Below are positions 24,342-36,498 of a stretch of 64,000 nucleotides of DNA, one piece after another. This DNA is from Octopus sinensis (lineage: Eukaryota): assembly GCF_006345805.1 (NCBI RefSeq), contig NC_043002.1, positions 20,770,001-20,834,000 of the forward strand. The letters run 5' to 3'. Within the stretch, counting starts at the first letter, position 1; every line of letters begins with the position of its first letter. The translations under genes were made by a program, and so were the position numbers. Under the pieces are notes generated by a model, which did not search any database, had not been told where the DNA came from, and saw only the letters and a program-made list of their open reading frames with translations.

Positions 24342-24361
24342 TATATATATACACACACATA

Positions 24362-24392
<31 letters not shown>

Positions 24393-24704
24393 GTGTATAT
24401 GTGTATGCATGTATGTGTGTGCGTGTCTGTGCTTGTGATTGTCCTCCACCACTGCTTGACAACGAATGTTGGTTTGTTTACATCCCTGTCACCTAGTGGT
24501 TTGACAAAGGAAACAGATAGAATAAGTACAATGCTTACAAAAATAAAACTGGAGTTGATTCATTAAACTACAATTCTTCAAGGCATTGCCCCAGCATGGC
24601 CACAGACCAATGGCTGGAAAAAGCAGAAGAATAAAAGAATACATTCTCTGCTTTGGTCTTATGTTCAAGGCATGAGAAAGCTTGAGTTTACATGAGAAGG
24701 CCTA

Positions 24705-25080
24705 ACAGACCTGGTAGAAACAGCAGCCAAATCTCCCTCAAATCACACCTTACTGTCTTATGTATGTATATATATATGAGCCAATGAGGGGGACCTCTAC
24801 ATGGTAGCTAGACCTGGTAGAAATAGCAGCCAAATTTCCCCCAAATCACACCTTACTGTCTTATCTATGTATATATGTATGTATGAGCCTATGAGGGAGA
24901 CCCCTACATGGCAGCTAGACCTGGTAGAAATAGCAGCCAAATTTCCCCCAAATCACACCTTACTGTCTTATCTATGTATATATGTATGTATGAGCCTATG
25001 AGGGAGACCCCTACATGGCAGCTAGACATGGTAGAAATAGCAGCCAAATCTCCCTCAAATCAACCTTACTGTCTTATCTT
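24705..25080. repeat. 107-bp minisatellite, ~3.5 copies
   Basis: AGACCTGGTAGAAATAGCAGCCAAAT...CAAATCACACCTTACTGTCTTA repeats; the near-identical ORFs at 24801 and 24908 are 107 nt apart. Confidence 0.93.
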
Positions 25081-25974
25081 TCTGCTACTTGGATATAGGT
25101 GTTATATTCGTCGTAAAAAAACTTTCCTGTCACACACTCACGCACACGCACACACACACACACACACACACGCGCACACCCACACACACCCACTCACACA
25201 CACGCACGTTAGCTTACAATTTTATTTATATATTTGCGTGTCTATGTGTTGAAAGAGGAAGTGGGAGGCAGAGTGAAAGAATCACTCACTACAGTAAGTC
25301 AATTACTTTCATTTTATTCGTTGTCCACTGTGTGTGTGCGTTTGCGTGTGCTGTAAACCAGACTAAGAAAAGCATTTGACACACACGCCAGAATGTGAGT
25401 TTTCTGTAAATTTTGCTTAATTGGAGTTTAAATTTTAAAAACTGAACCTGGCATGACGCGATGCATTGTACTCTTAAAAATGCAAGGTAAATTGTAATTG
25501 AAGAAATCCTATATTGTAGATTTGTATAACTCCCAAAGGGAGGCAGATAAAATCTGCCTTTTATAATAAGAGATATATATATAATAAATTAATAAATAAA
25601 TAAAACATATGCATATATACATACATATATGTACGTACCTACCTCTACATGTATATATACATGCATATATGGGTACAGGAAACCAAAAAAAACCTCGAAC
25701 ACAATGAGAAACGAAAACATAAACACAAAACCAAGGAAATGGACATTTTTATTAAACAACGAAAAAAATAGAGTACAGGACATACAAAACAAGGAAAATT
25801 CCCCTTCTTCAGTCGCCTTTGTTTCATCTACTCCACGTTTCGAAGGTCAAGGCGATACATGACTTTAATGAAACTTTCCCTAACGCGAAAATCAAATTAA
25901 ATAAAATTTGAGATTTTTTTTGCGGAGGGGTAAAAATGGTAACAAAAACAGGACAGTAACGACAGTACAAAATA

Positions 25975-26150
25975 TATACATACGACAGGCTTCTTTCAGT
26001 TTCCGTCTACCAAATCCACTCAAAATGCTTTGGTCGGCCCGAGGCTATAGTAGAAGACACTTGCCCAAGGTGCCACGCAGTGTGACTGAACCCGGGATCA
26101 TGTGGTTGGTAAACAAGCTACTTACCACACAGCCACTCCTACGCCTATAT
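25975..26150 (-). mobile_element. CORE-like SINE head
   Basis: CACTTGCCCAAGGTGCCACGCAGT. Confidence 0.85.
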
Positions 26151-26684
26151 GTGCAATAAATTTGTTATACTTCTACAATGCACCAAATATTTTAATACTC
26201 TATATAATTTCTACTAAACAAGTAGTTGGATTTTAAAAATATTGAATGGGGGAGGGTGTTCAGTTGAGTAAAATAGGAATGAAAGGAGTCGGTAGGGGAA
26301 AAAATGAGAACCATTGATCTAGAGACTGAATACATGGCTCGTGTTAACTATTGGCGACAGATTAACAGAACTGGTGACAAAAAGAGGTGAGTATTCGTTT
26401 TGAGTTCAAATCCAGGCAGGAGCAAATTCTCGATTACGTATGATACTGATCACATGAAATACTATGGTCAATTTAATAGACTGGGTTCTCTTACTCTAAA
26501 CCCCTTGCAGCAACCCTTTCTAATAGCATTTCTTGCAGCTCCAATGAATCTCACTCTAGCTTCCGTTGTTCTTATTGCTATCTTCATCGTCGTAGCGTTG
26601 CTCGCCTCCTGCTTCTCTTTTAATTTTACTTTCAACGACTTAAGAAATTCGTTTTTAAAACCATTTTAAAAGTTCTTGTTCATC

Positions 26685-26745
26685 TCCACCACCACCACTA
26701 CCTTCTTCTTCTTCTTCTTTTCTTCTTCTTCTTCTTCTTCTTCTT

Positions 26746-26776
<31 letters not shown>

Positions 26777-26789
26777 TTATTATTATTTA

Positions 26790-26827
<38 letters not shown>

Positions 26828-26845
26828 TTATTATTATTCTTCTTC
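26685..26845. repeat. Compound trinucleotide tract (ACC)-(CTT)n-(ATT)n
   Basis: Read directly. Confidence 0.95.
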
Positions 26846-26953
26846 TGTTATTTTGAACGATTTATTTAATTGTCAACCGAAATCCTTTTCAATCATATTA
26901 GAGTTTTTGGCAATTATTTTAACTTTTAGTGTCTGTTTTCATGTTAATGTTCT

Positions 26954-26996
<43 letters not shown>

Positions 26997-27639
26997 ATGT
27001 GTGTGTGTATGTATGTATGTATTTGTGTGTATGTATGTATGTATGTATGTATGTATGTATGTATGTATGTATGTATGTATGTATGTGTGTATGTATGTGT
27101 GTGTGTATGAATGTATGTACACATGCCTACATATACACAAGTCTGTGGCATTTAGATTCACTTCGTATAGCTTAAGTGGTCTTAATACTTAATGCGGAAG
27201 TGTAAACTTTAGACGTCACAGTTTGATGGGAACATACATATCTTTTTACAAGAGACAGCAAATAAATAAATAAACAAATAAATAAATAAATATTAACGAA
27301 AAATAAATCAAACAAATAAATAGAAGCATGGACAACAATGAAAAAGTTACAGACTGAAAAAAAAAGAGAGAAAGAACAATAAGCAATAAACTGCATCAAA
27401 ATATAAAGAGGCTTCGTCAGATGTGGGCCAAGAGCAGAGAGGAGAAAATTATATTAGCATTTATATCTCTTAAACAATAATTTTAAACGAGTTTGTTTTG
27501 CTCACTAAAAGACTATTCAAATATATCACCTAATTAATTATTATTGAACAAAAACATTAATTTCCTCTTGACTAACACTATTGCAGATGTGCTTTTGTTA
27601 TTTTTTCTCCGGAATTTTGATTTGCAGACGACACCACGT

Positions 27640-27649
27640 CCGCCATTTT
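27640..27649 (-). promoter_or_regulatory. YY1-type motif AAAATGGCGG overlapping a possible start codon
   Basis: Plus-strand CCGCCATTTT in a small CpG-containing non-repeat patch. Confidence 0.35.
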
Positions 27650-28325
27650 ATTTGTTAATAGGCTTTCTTTTAAATTATCGCGACGTTTCTGTTCTTTCAC
27701 GAAAAGAAAAAGATAGGGAGAAAAATTAATAATAATGTCAACCTGAATGAAAAGGATTCCTTTATTCGAGACAATTTTTATCTATTATATAGGTTTCTGT
27801 TGCTTTCCTTCTTTCATTAATGTTATATTTAATCTTTATCGCTCTCATATGACATGATTAGTCAACGATATCGGATAGGGTATTTTCTGTCCTATAAAAA
27901 CCACAGGATAATAAGTTAAGTCTGGAAGACATTAGAGAATAGAGAAAGCCAAATCTGTCAGAAAATTGACAACAACAATATCAACAGCGACAATAGAGCT
28001 ACAACAACAACAATGATAACAAACAACAACAACAACAACAATAATAATAATAATAATAATAACAATAATAATAAGATCAATACTAATAATATCAATAATA
28101 ATAGATGATGAGGGATAATGATGTTTTGAGTGTTATTTGTGCGTGGTTGTATTGAATTACATGAGAAAGAAGGGAAATCACAGTTGTTTGACCTTTAAAG
28201 GGACAAAACCTAGACGAAGAATAAGGTAGTTTCATACACAGAAATAATAAACAAAGAATATACATATATGTGTGAGTGTGTGTGTATAGGGTATATATAT
28301 ATATATATATATATGTAGGGTCTTC

Positions 28326-28398
<73 letters not shown>

Positions 28399-28619
28399 TG
28401 TCTGTCTGTCTGTCTTTGTGTATGTGGTAAGCTGGATATTAGCTGGATTTAGTTCGAGTTCAGTGTGTCCCAGTACATAGTATGTCAATTACAATCCTTG
28501 CTAAAAAACATTTTGCTGAAAAAAACATACACACATACAGGCGCACAGACACAGAAATACACCTACACACACACACACACAAACACACATTGCGTATCTG
28601 CGTTTGTATAAAATATCTA

Positions 28620-28910
28620 TACTAAACGTGTACCAGCGTACCAGAATACTTCATATATTAGGCTGTTAGAATGAGACCTAGTAACTTCCTGATTTCAACT
28701 GTTACACTAGCCAGACGAGTACAACACTCTTTCATTAGCTCACCATGCATTTACAGTAAAGAGCAACTTTAACACAAAGCAACTTTAACACAAAGCTAGA
28801 TTGAACTATATCAATAAGAAATACATTTTCTACTTTATCGAAATCACTATGAGAATAGGCAATTCATTAAAGAAGCAAAGCTCATAACTCAGCATAAAGG
28901 CTTAACAAAT
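28620..28910 (+). mobile_element. Possible highly degenerate Penelope endonuclease C-terminus
   Basis: SLAHHAFT and NHYENRQFIKEAKLI resemble PLE endonuclease C-termini; includes a 16-bp tandem duplication. Confidence 0.4.
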
Positions 28911-28991
28911 ACAACTCACCACAAAATGGGAATCTGCTGACGCAAACTCTGGCGCAAAAATGTGTGTATGTGCGTATATATGTATATATTA

Positions 28992-29065
<74 letters not shown>

Positions 29066-29694
29066 GGTGGCCCAAAAGTAGGTTTACAGTTATCACGTAG
29101 GCACTTTAAATTTCTTTTAAAACATTATATTACATTTAAATTTCTATCTTACAAAATGAACAGGAAGCTTGACAAAATTAAATAAATTAGCATAGAATAT
29201 GCTTTTTTTTTCTTCTCTTTCTTCATCTCTTTATTCTTTTACTCTTCTCCTCTATGTCATCCCATACTCTGGGATATCCCAGAAACAGCTGTAAGACTTT
29301 GAATTGTTTTTTGAATAATAATAATGTATATGACTTGAGATGTTTGCCTTCCTTAACGTTTCTTGTCCTCTTTCATAATTATATATAAATATATATATAT
29401 AAATATCACCGTGATCACCGTGACCGACCAGGCTATTAGATGTTGCTAAACATCGCTGGTCACAATGCGTTTCGCATTGTTTTAGCCTTTAAATGACGCC
29501 ACCCCGCTGGCTAAGTGAGCAGGCCAATATATAAATATATATATATATATTATGTATATGTATATCTATGTGTGTGTTTGTACGTGTGTGTGTGTGTATA
29601 TATATATACATACATATACACACATACAAACACACACGCATGTATATATATATATTTACACATAAATATAATTAAAAGTTTAATCGTTTAAGCC

Positions 29695-29945
29695 CACTGG
29701 CATATAGCGTAGTGGTTAAAAGCGCGGGCTACTAACCCCAAGACTCCGAGTTCGATTCCAAGCAGTGACCTGAATAATAATAATTTTAATAATACCAATA
29801 TCGAAAAATGTACCTTAAGAATGAGAACTCAGGTTCGAAATTTCCCCAAGACACCTGAAGATGGCCGGAGGGTATATCAGCCGAAACGTTGTGTTAACAA
29901 CAAACAAGAAGAGGACTATTATCCTTTGAATGTAAATAATGCTTT
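29695..29945 (+). mobile_element. tRNA-derived head, (AAT)n linker and hammerhead-bearing 3' module
   Basis: Box A TAGCGTAGTGG and box B GAGTTCGATTCC; the 3' module also occurs twice at 34431-34770. Confidence 0.75.
29850..29895 (+). ncRNA. Minimal type I hammerhead ribozyme (dimer-type stem III)
   Basis: GACAC-CTGAAGA-T-GGCCG-gagggtatat-CAGCC-GAAA-CG-TT-GTGTT: stem I GACAC/GTGTT, stem II with one mismatch, GUU cleavage triplet. Confidence 0.7.
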
Positions 29946-30069
29946 TAAGTTTTGCTGAAACTGTTTCTTCACAATCAAGCTGAAAATCAAAGAAAAAGAA
30001 TTTAAATATACTAATTTTGAGCTCGTTTGCATGTAATTAGGTAGATGGAATTAATATTTATTCGAAGCT

Positions 30070-30286
30070 AAGCAGGCGAGTTGGAGGAAACGTCACTGCG
30101 CCGGGCAAAATGCTTAGCGGCATATCGTCCGTTTTTACGCCCTGAGTTCAAATTCCGCCGAGGTTTACTTTGTCTATCATCCCTTTGCGGGGTCAATAAA
30201 ATAAGTACCAGCTGAGACCTGAGATCGATGTAATCGACTTATGCTCTCCTCCGAAATTGCTGGCCTTGTGCCAAAATTTGGAACCG
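30070..30286 (+). mobile_element. Meta-like SINE with exact 16-bp TSD
   Basis: ATATTTATTCGAAGCT at 30054-30069 and 30287-30302. Confidence 0.92.
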
Positions 30287-31255
30287 ATATTTATTCGAAG
30301 CTGACTGCGTGTTACCCGCCACTCGGAGCTTCTTGTTCCCGCTCTCCAGTCGGAAGCCGTTGTTATTTATGAAGCCTTCTTATGTATGAATACAAAGATT
30401 GGATCTATTCAGACGACAGATAAAATCATTTGAGCGTTATTATTGTATTACCAAAGATAAGTAGTAATCTTTGGAAAAAATTTTTTAAAATATCATAAAG
30501 GAAGGAAAAAAAACTTTTTAGTATTTTCTAAGAATTTGTACAAATTTCTATATGAGATATTTGAGTAGGGCGGATTTTATAGAAATATTGGTTTCAAAGC
30601 CATGTCTAGAAAAAAGAATTTTAAGAATGGAATTTGTTTTTATGGACTGGTGATAAAGATAGCATATGTCTTAAGATAGCTATTATTTCGGTTGATATTT
30701 TAGGGAGATATTTTTACAAAGATGCTCCGACTATGGAAGATGAAGGTCAGCTGTAGTTTTAAACTTGATATTGCTATAGATTGGTATTTCTAGTAAGGCT
30801 ACATTTTATACAAATAACTAATAAGGGGCGGCTGTGTATCTGTACGTGTGTGTCACAAAATATAAACAGCATTCCCATGTGTATGTTTGTGTATATGTGT
30901 GTGTGTCACAAATCTGCAAAAGTGACTTATAAACCAAAGATTTCGTATGTGGCACTTATCCTACTTAAGCTTGATATATAAGGCCTAGTAATGAGGGTAT
31001 TGAAATGTTGATCGCGAGATCGTGGTTTCAATTCCTGGACCGCCTGATGCGCTGTGTTCTCGAGCCAAACGCTTCTACTTATGTTGCTCTGCGATCACTC
31101 AGACACCTGACATATGGCATCTGTTCAGACAACGCCGATTTGATGGAGAGAGTGAGCTAATATACAACACATAATTTCGATCACTTTAAACAAATAATTT
31201 GTGCAGATCGTTCAGCAAAAACTAAACACTCATACGTCATCTTCGACAGGAGATC

Positions 31256-31287
<32 letters not shown>

Positions 31288-31298
31288 CTCCACTCCCT

Positions 31299-31380
<82 letters not shown>

Positions 31381-31509
31381 AATAAAAGAAAATTTAAACA
31401 AATATATATATATATATATATGTGTGTGTGTTCCTGTATGTGTGTCTGTATGTATGTATATACACGCGCATGCTGACATGCATATGTAATCATATTAATA
31501 TGTCATATG

Positions 31510-31745
31510 AAGGCGGCGAGCTGGCAGAATCGTTAGCACACTGGGAGAAAGGCTTAGCGGTATTTCGTCCTGTCTTTACGTTCTGAGTTCAAATTCCGCC
31601 GAGGTCGACTTTGCCTTTCATCCTTTCGGAGTTGATTGAATAAGTACCAGTTACACATTGGGGTCGATATAATCGACTTAATCCGTTTGTCTGTCCTTGT
31701 TTGTTCCCTCTATCTTTAGGCCTCTTGTGGGCAATGAAGAAATAA
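31510..31745 (+). mobile_element. Meta-like SINE, long-tail variant
   Basis: Full head and core; flanks attaatatgtcata / attaatgtgtcata (TSD with one mismatch). Confidence 0.9.
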
Positions 31746-32500
31746 TCATTAATGTGTCATAAATTCAAGTAATTGCCATAAGATATAATTGAGAAAGTTT
31801 GCCGACGCTCAAGTTTCCTACTTGTGATTAAGTTACATTGTTTATGTTGACAGATGATGCTCTCTATAAACGAAATGACTCCACGACAATTACGATCACC
31901 AAGTGATTGCGTGCAAGACTGTTTCGCCGTTCTTCACGCATTGTCATGCCTGTAGGGTTTATCTTACACGAGCCAGCCATGTCTCATACACTCAAAACCA
32001 TAAGCACTATTAGGAAAAGATTTTTCGGAAATTGTTCAATAGATTTCCGACCGGAAGTCCTCCGGAAAAGGTTGCTGGGTACAGTTTCATCGACGCGTAG
32101 AACTGGCGTTCGTCCATCGTATTCAATTCAAATTATAGAATTACAGTGCGAATAAAATCATATCATATATCTTGTCATATCATATCATGTGTTACATTGT
32201 ATTATATTTAGTGGTGATTATAAATCAGACACAGAACCAGCAATTTTGAAGGAAGGTATTAGTAAAGGGCGGTGAACAGGCAAAATCGCTAGCGAGTCGG
32301 GCGCAATTTTTTCCGGGTCATTATGCTCTGAGTTCAATTCTCGCAGTGGTCAACCAAACCTGTAATCATTGTGAGTTCAATAAGATAAAGTACTAGCAAA
32401 TTACAGGGTGGACTTAATCAACTAATCAACTAACCTTATATCCGAAATTGTCATCTTGTACATCTTACCTCTGCTAGAAATCATAACTTATTAATATTAT

Positions 32501-32532
<32 letters not shown>

Positions 32533-32533
32533 A

Positions 32534-32569
<36 letters not shown>

Positions 32570-32624
32570 TGTATGTATGTATGTATGTATGTATGTATGT
32601 ATGTATGTATCTACGCATGTATGT

Positions 32625-33170
32625 ATATAATTTAGAGAAAAACCACTATCAAACAATTCAATAAAGAAAGATGTTATCACACCACATAGAAAACATATAC
32701 TATAAAAAACCTTATTTTAAATCAATAAAGTGCAATAGTAATCAGTAAAAATCCTTCGACAAGATAAGTTTATATTTTTATTTTACAACATATTGTTAAA
32801 TGCTTTTCGATTATTTATAGCTAATACACGTATTTTTCATATATCTATTTGATAATTAGTATAAGTTAAGTACATTTATTCTATTATTATTATTTTTTAA
32901 TTTCTTATTATTTATTGTCTTAGACCTGATGAGTAACTATATTTTTAAATAGAATTAATTTTCGTTCGATTTAATTTTGAATCGAATTGATCTTATTATT
33001 ATCTATTTGAAAATATTGCCATGAAACGAGCGTAGTCTTTTTACTACTGTTTACTATTTATTGTAATTTATTGATTTAAAATATTTTTTTATAGTATATG
33101 TTTTCTATGTGGAATGAATAACATCTTTCTTTATTGAATTGTTTAATAGTTGTTTTTCTCTAAATTATAT
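32625..33170. mobile_element. Penelope pLTR-like repeat with ~85-bp inverted arms and a degenerate hammerhead
   Basis: 32625-32709 is the reverse complement of 33085-33170; AGAC-CTGATGA...GAAACGAGCGTA-GTCT at 32922-33038. Confidence 0.6.
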
Positions 33171-33253
33171 AATATATAATATATGGTTGTGAAATTTGAT
33201 TTATAATTGTTAAATTGAATTTTTCCCTGTAAGTTTTGGAATTATATTCCTTA

Positions 33254-33335
<82 letters not shown>

Positions 33336-33439
33336 ATATTAATTTAATCCAAACGGGAAAACAGAAAAAACAACAACACGTGGAACAATTACAGTATTAT
33401 TATTATAGGCGCTCAGGAAAGATGGAATATATATTGAAT

Positions 33440-33810
33440 AAAATAAAACGAGAAAGCCAAGTCAGTTTGAAACTTCTAGGACATTTATAAAGAGAGAGGT
33501 AGTCTTGCAGGGATATAAAGGATATCCCATAATCAGAGACGATATGAGAGAGTTAAACAGAAAGAAATAGTAGAAAATATATATTTATTTTTATCCTCAT
33601 ATTTTCCTTTATACTTCCTATATCCCTCCCTTTCCAAAATAACTTCTTATATTGAGCTCTGCTATTTCCTTCTATTTAACTCCCTCATGTAATTTCTGAT
33701 GATGAGTTAACTTTTATATCCCCGAAACAGCTGTAAGATTACATTTCTCTTTATAAACGTCCTAGAATTTTCACACTGCCTTGGCTTTGTTGTCTCATTT
33801 TATTCATCAT
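33440..33810. mobile_element. Inverted pair of a hammerhead-bearing pLTR-like repeat
   Basis: 33440-33570 is the reverse complement of about 33660-33810. The related GAAACAGCTGT motif also occurs near 21540, 29280 and 38900. Confidence 0.7.
33687..33744 (+). ncRNA. Minimal type I hammerhead with degenerate stem II
   Basis: ATGTAATTT-CTGATGA-(21 nt)-GAAA-CAGCTG-TA-AGATTACAT: 9-bp stem I, palindromic stem III, GUA site. Confidence 0.65.
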
Positions 33811-33928
33811 ATACATGCTCACACGCGACTCGCGTTAGACTCCTCACTCTTATTATAATCAAACCGGGAGTCTAACAGCAGCACTTACATAGCCTTACCT
33901 ACCTTTTCTGTCCTCTGGATACCAAAAC

Positions 33929-33968
<40 letters not shown>

Positions 33969-34430
33969 AGAAATTAAAAAAGGAAAATACGCACACTTAC
34001 ATAGTTTTTATATAATTTTTAATATATCGACCGGTTTCGCTATCGCTGTTCATGATATTTATTTTACTTATTTGAATATGTATTTTTTCTTAAGAAGAAA
34101 TTTTGTCCATGCTGTGTGTGAATGATATTTACGAGTGAATGACTTCACAAGTAGCAAAATAAGGGGAGGCAATTGGTTATCGTTATTATTGTTATTGTTG
34201 TGGGTAAGGGAGATAACTGTTCAGCTTTCGGTAATGGGAGGGGAATATATATGTACAGATAAAAGCAAGTTTCGAAAAACTTGCTTAGCGAGGGGATTTT
34301 ATGTATAGTGATGGAATATAAGATGCCCTCCCCACCACCGATGATAGAAGAGGCAGCGAACGTGCAGTTTTCTGATTGGCTGAAAATTCTGAAAAGTATC
34401 AACATTTTTAATACCTTTAACATTTTTGCA

Positions 34431-34770
34431 TAAATTCAGACATTATTTACATTATATACATTATTTACATTTGACGGATATTTGTTCTCATTCTGTTTGT
34501 TGTTAACACAACGTTTTGGCTGTGTTCATTAGGTGTCTTGGGGGAAATTTCGAACCTGGGTTCTCATTCCTATGGTATTTTTCGATGTTATTATTATCCT
34601 AAAAATTCCTTAGGAATGAGAACCTAGGTTCGAAAATTTCCCCAAGACACATGAAGAAGGCTGGAGGGTATATCAACCGAAGCGTTGTGTTAACAAACAA
34701 GAGGAGGACAAATATCCGTCGAATGTAAATAATGTAAATAATGTACATAATTCCTCATATCTTAAATATA
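34431..34770. repeat. Inverted pair of the hammerhead module seen at 29800-29945
   Basis: Minus copy 34431-34597 and plus copy 34598-34770; both cores are mutated. Confidence 0.88.
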
Positions 34771-34935
34771 GAACTGAAGAAAGTCGGATTCAGCGTCAAA
34801 AATTACATCTATATACATTAAAATTTCTTTTTAAAGATAATTGTGAACAGTGACGAAAGCCACAAAATTCTATCTGCTCAATTAGGCCTGACCTATGGAT
34901 AAAACAACCGCATCATTAACACCACCATCACCACC

Positions 34936-34967
<32 letters not shown>

Positions 34968-35779
34968 CAACAACAGCAGCAGCAGCAACAACAGCAGCAG
35001 CAACAACAACAACAACAACAACAATAGCAGCAGCAGCAGCAGCAACAACAACAACAGCAGAAATTCTTAATTATCTCACTTTATACAGAGAAATGTCTTC
35101 AAAACAAGATTCGAGTGAAATAACGAACAACAACAATGCGAGGAATAGTAATAGTAATAGCAGTAGTCGTGATAAGTGTTGATGGTGGTGGAAAGTGGTG
35201 AAGTGGACGAGGTAGTAACAATTCTTTCTCCTTAGAACAAGTAAGTTTTTTGTGTGCTGCAGGTGTCAGCGGTTTAAGTGTGTGTGGTATGAGGGTATTT
35301 TAATGACTTGTATGGGTTGAAATAGGTGGAGGGGTTAAAACCATCAACTTAGTCAAAGTAGTTTGTTAGTTAGTCTCTTCTTCGTTGCTTACTAAGACAT
35401 AGGTAATTGATGTCGCTTACATACTTCATCCGTTATGTGGTGACGTTGTGATGTGTAGGTGTGTAAACATATATACGTAGTAATCTGAGAACCAAGTTTT
35501 ACGTAAAATCGAGACCTTCTCTCTGCTGCCTTCATGTAAAGCTAACGAATAAGACTATATAATATGGTCTTTCGATCTGTTAGAAATAGCATCCAAATCC
35601 TTCCCTCAAATCATCCATCTTATGAAGAAAAAAAGGAAGAACACATTGAATAATGTTGTCCACGATAAAATATTCTTGAAAAGCAAGACGGGGTGATGAT
35701 GGCCGAAAAACTTTCAGATCAGACTGAAGACCAAATAGCAGTGGCAACAATGAATTTATTCCTTAATATATAGCGATGG

Positions 35780-36177
35780 GAAGGCGGCGAGCTGGCAGAA
35801 ACGTTAGCACGCTGGGAGAAAGGCTTAGAGGTATTTCGTCTGCGTTACGTCGTGAGTTCAAATTCCGCCGAGGTCGACTTTGTCTTTCATCCTTTCGGGG
35901 TCGATAAATTAAGTACCAGTTACGCACTGGGGTCGATGTAATCGACTTAATCCCTATGTCTGTCCTTGTTTGTCCCCTCTGTGTTTAGCCCCTAGTGGGT
36001 AATAAAGAAATAGGTATTTCGTCTGCCACTACGTTCTGAGTTCAAATTCCGCCGACGTCGACTGTCTTTCGTCCTTTCGGGTTGAATAAATTAAATACCA
36101 GTTGCGTGCTGGGGTCGATCTAATCGACTGGCACTCTCTCCCAAAATTTTGGGCCTTGTGCTTGGAGTAGAAAAGAA
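35780..36177 (+). mobile_element. Meta-like SINE dimer with TSD
   Basis: ATATAGCGATGG on both sides. Confidence 0.9.
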
Positions 36178-36498
36178 AATATAGCGATGGAAATATCGAT
36201 AAGAATTCGCATGGTTTCATAAGTGCGGAGACGAAACTTGCTTCGTGGGTGCAAACCCAGGCCCAAATTGATTTACAAACAAGGCCGATTATTTCAATCT
36301 TTATATCAAAACTATCACAACAGCAGCAGCAGCAACAACAATAATAATTGTACATCAATCAAATCGGATAAATCCAGTAAAAGAAAAACGACTTTTCAAA
36401 TCAGTCCAAGAAGGTTCTACGCCCGTTAGTTCTGGAGAAAAAGTTTCAGGGATGTGTTGAAAACGTTGTCATTGTCCCTACAAAAGTTATATATATAT

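Noticed and set aside
27142-27163. Resemblance of the 5' arm to miR-183/miR-263 family sequences
   Set aside because: The seed differs (GUGGCAU versus AUGGCAC) and the opposite arm does not match; likely coincidence.
29700-29772. Functional tRNA gene (also the SINE heads at 8098 and 16786)
   Set aside because: No complete acceptor stem and no adjacent poly-T terminator; each continues into a repeat body.
34895-35182. Poly-P/T/A ORF, or poly-H/Q in another frame
   Set aside because: Mixed CAC/CAA/CAG repeat with no splice support or domain.
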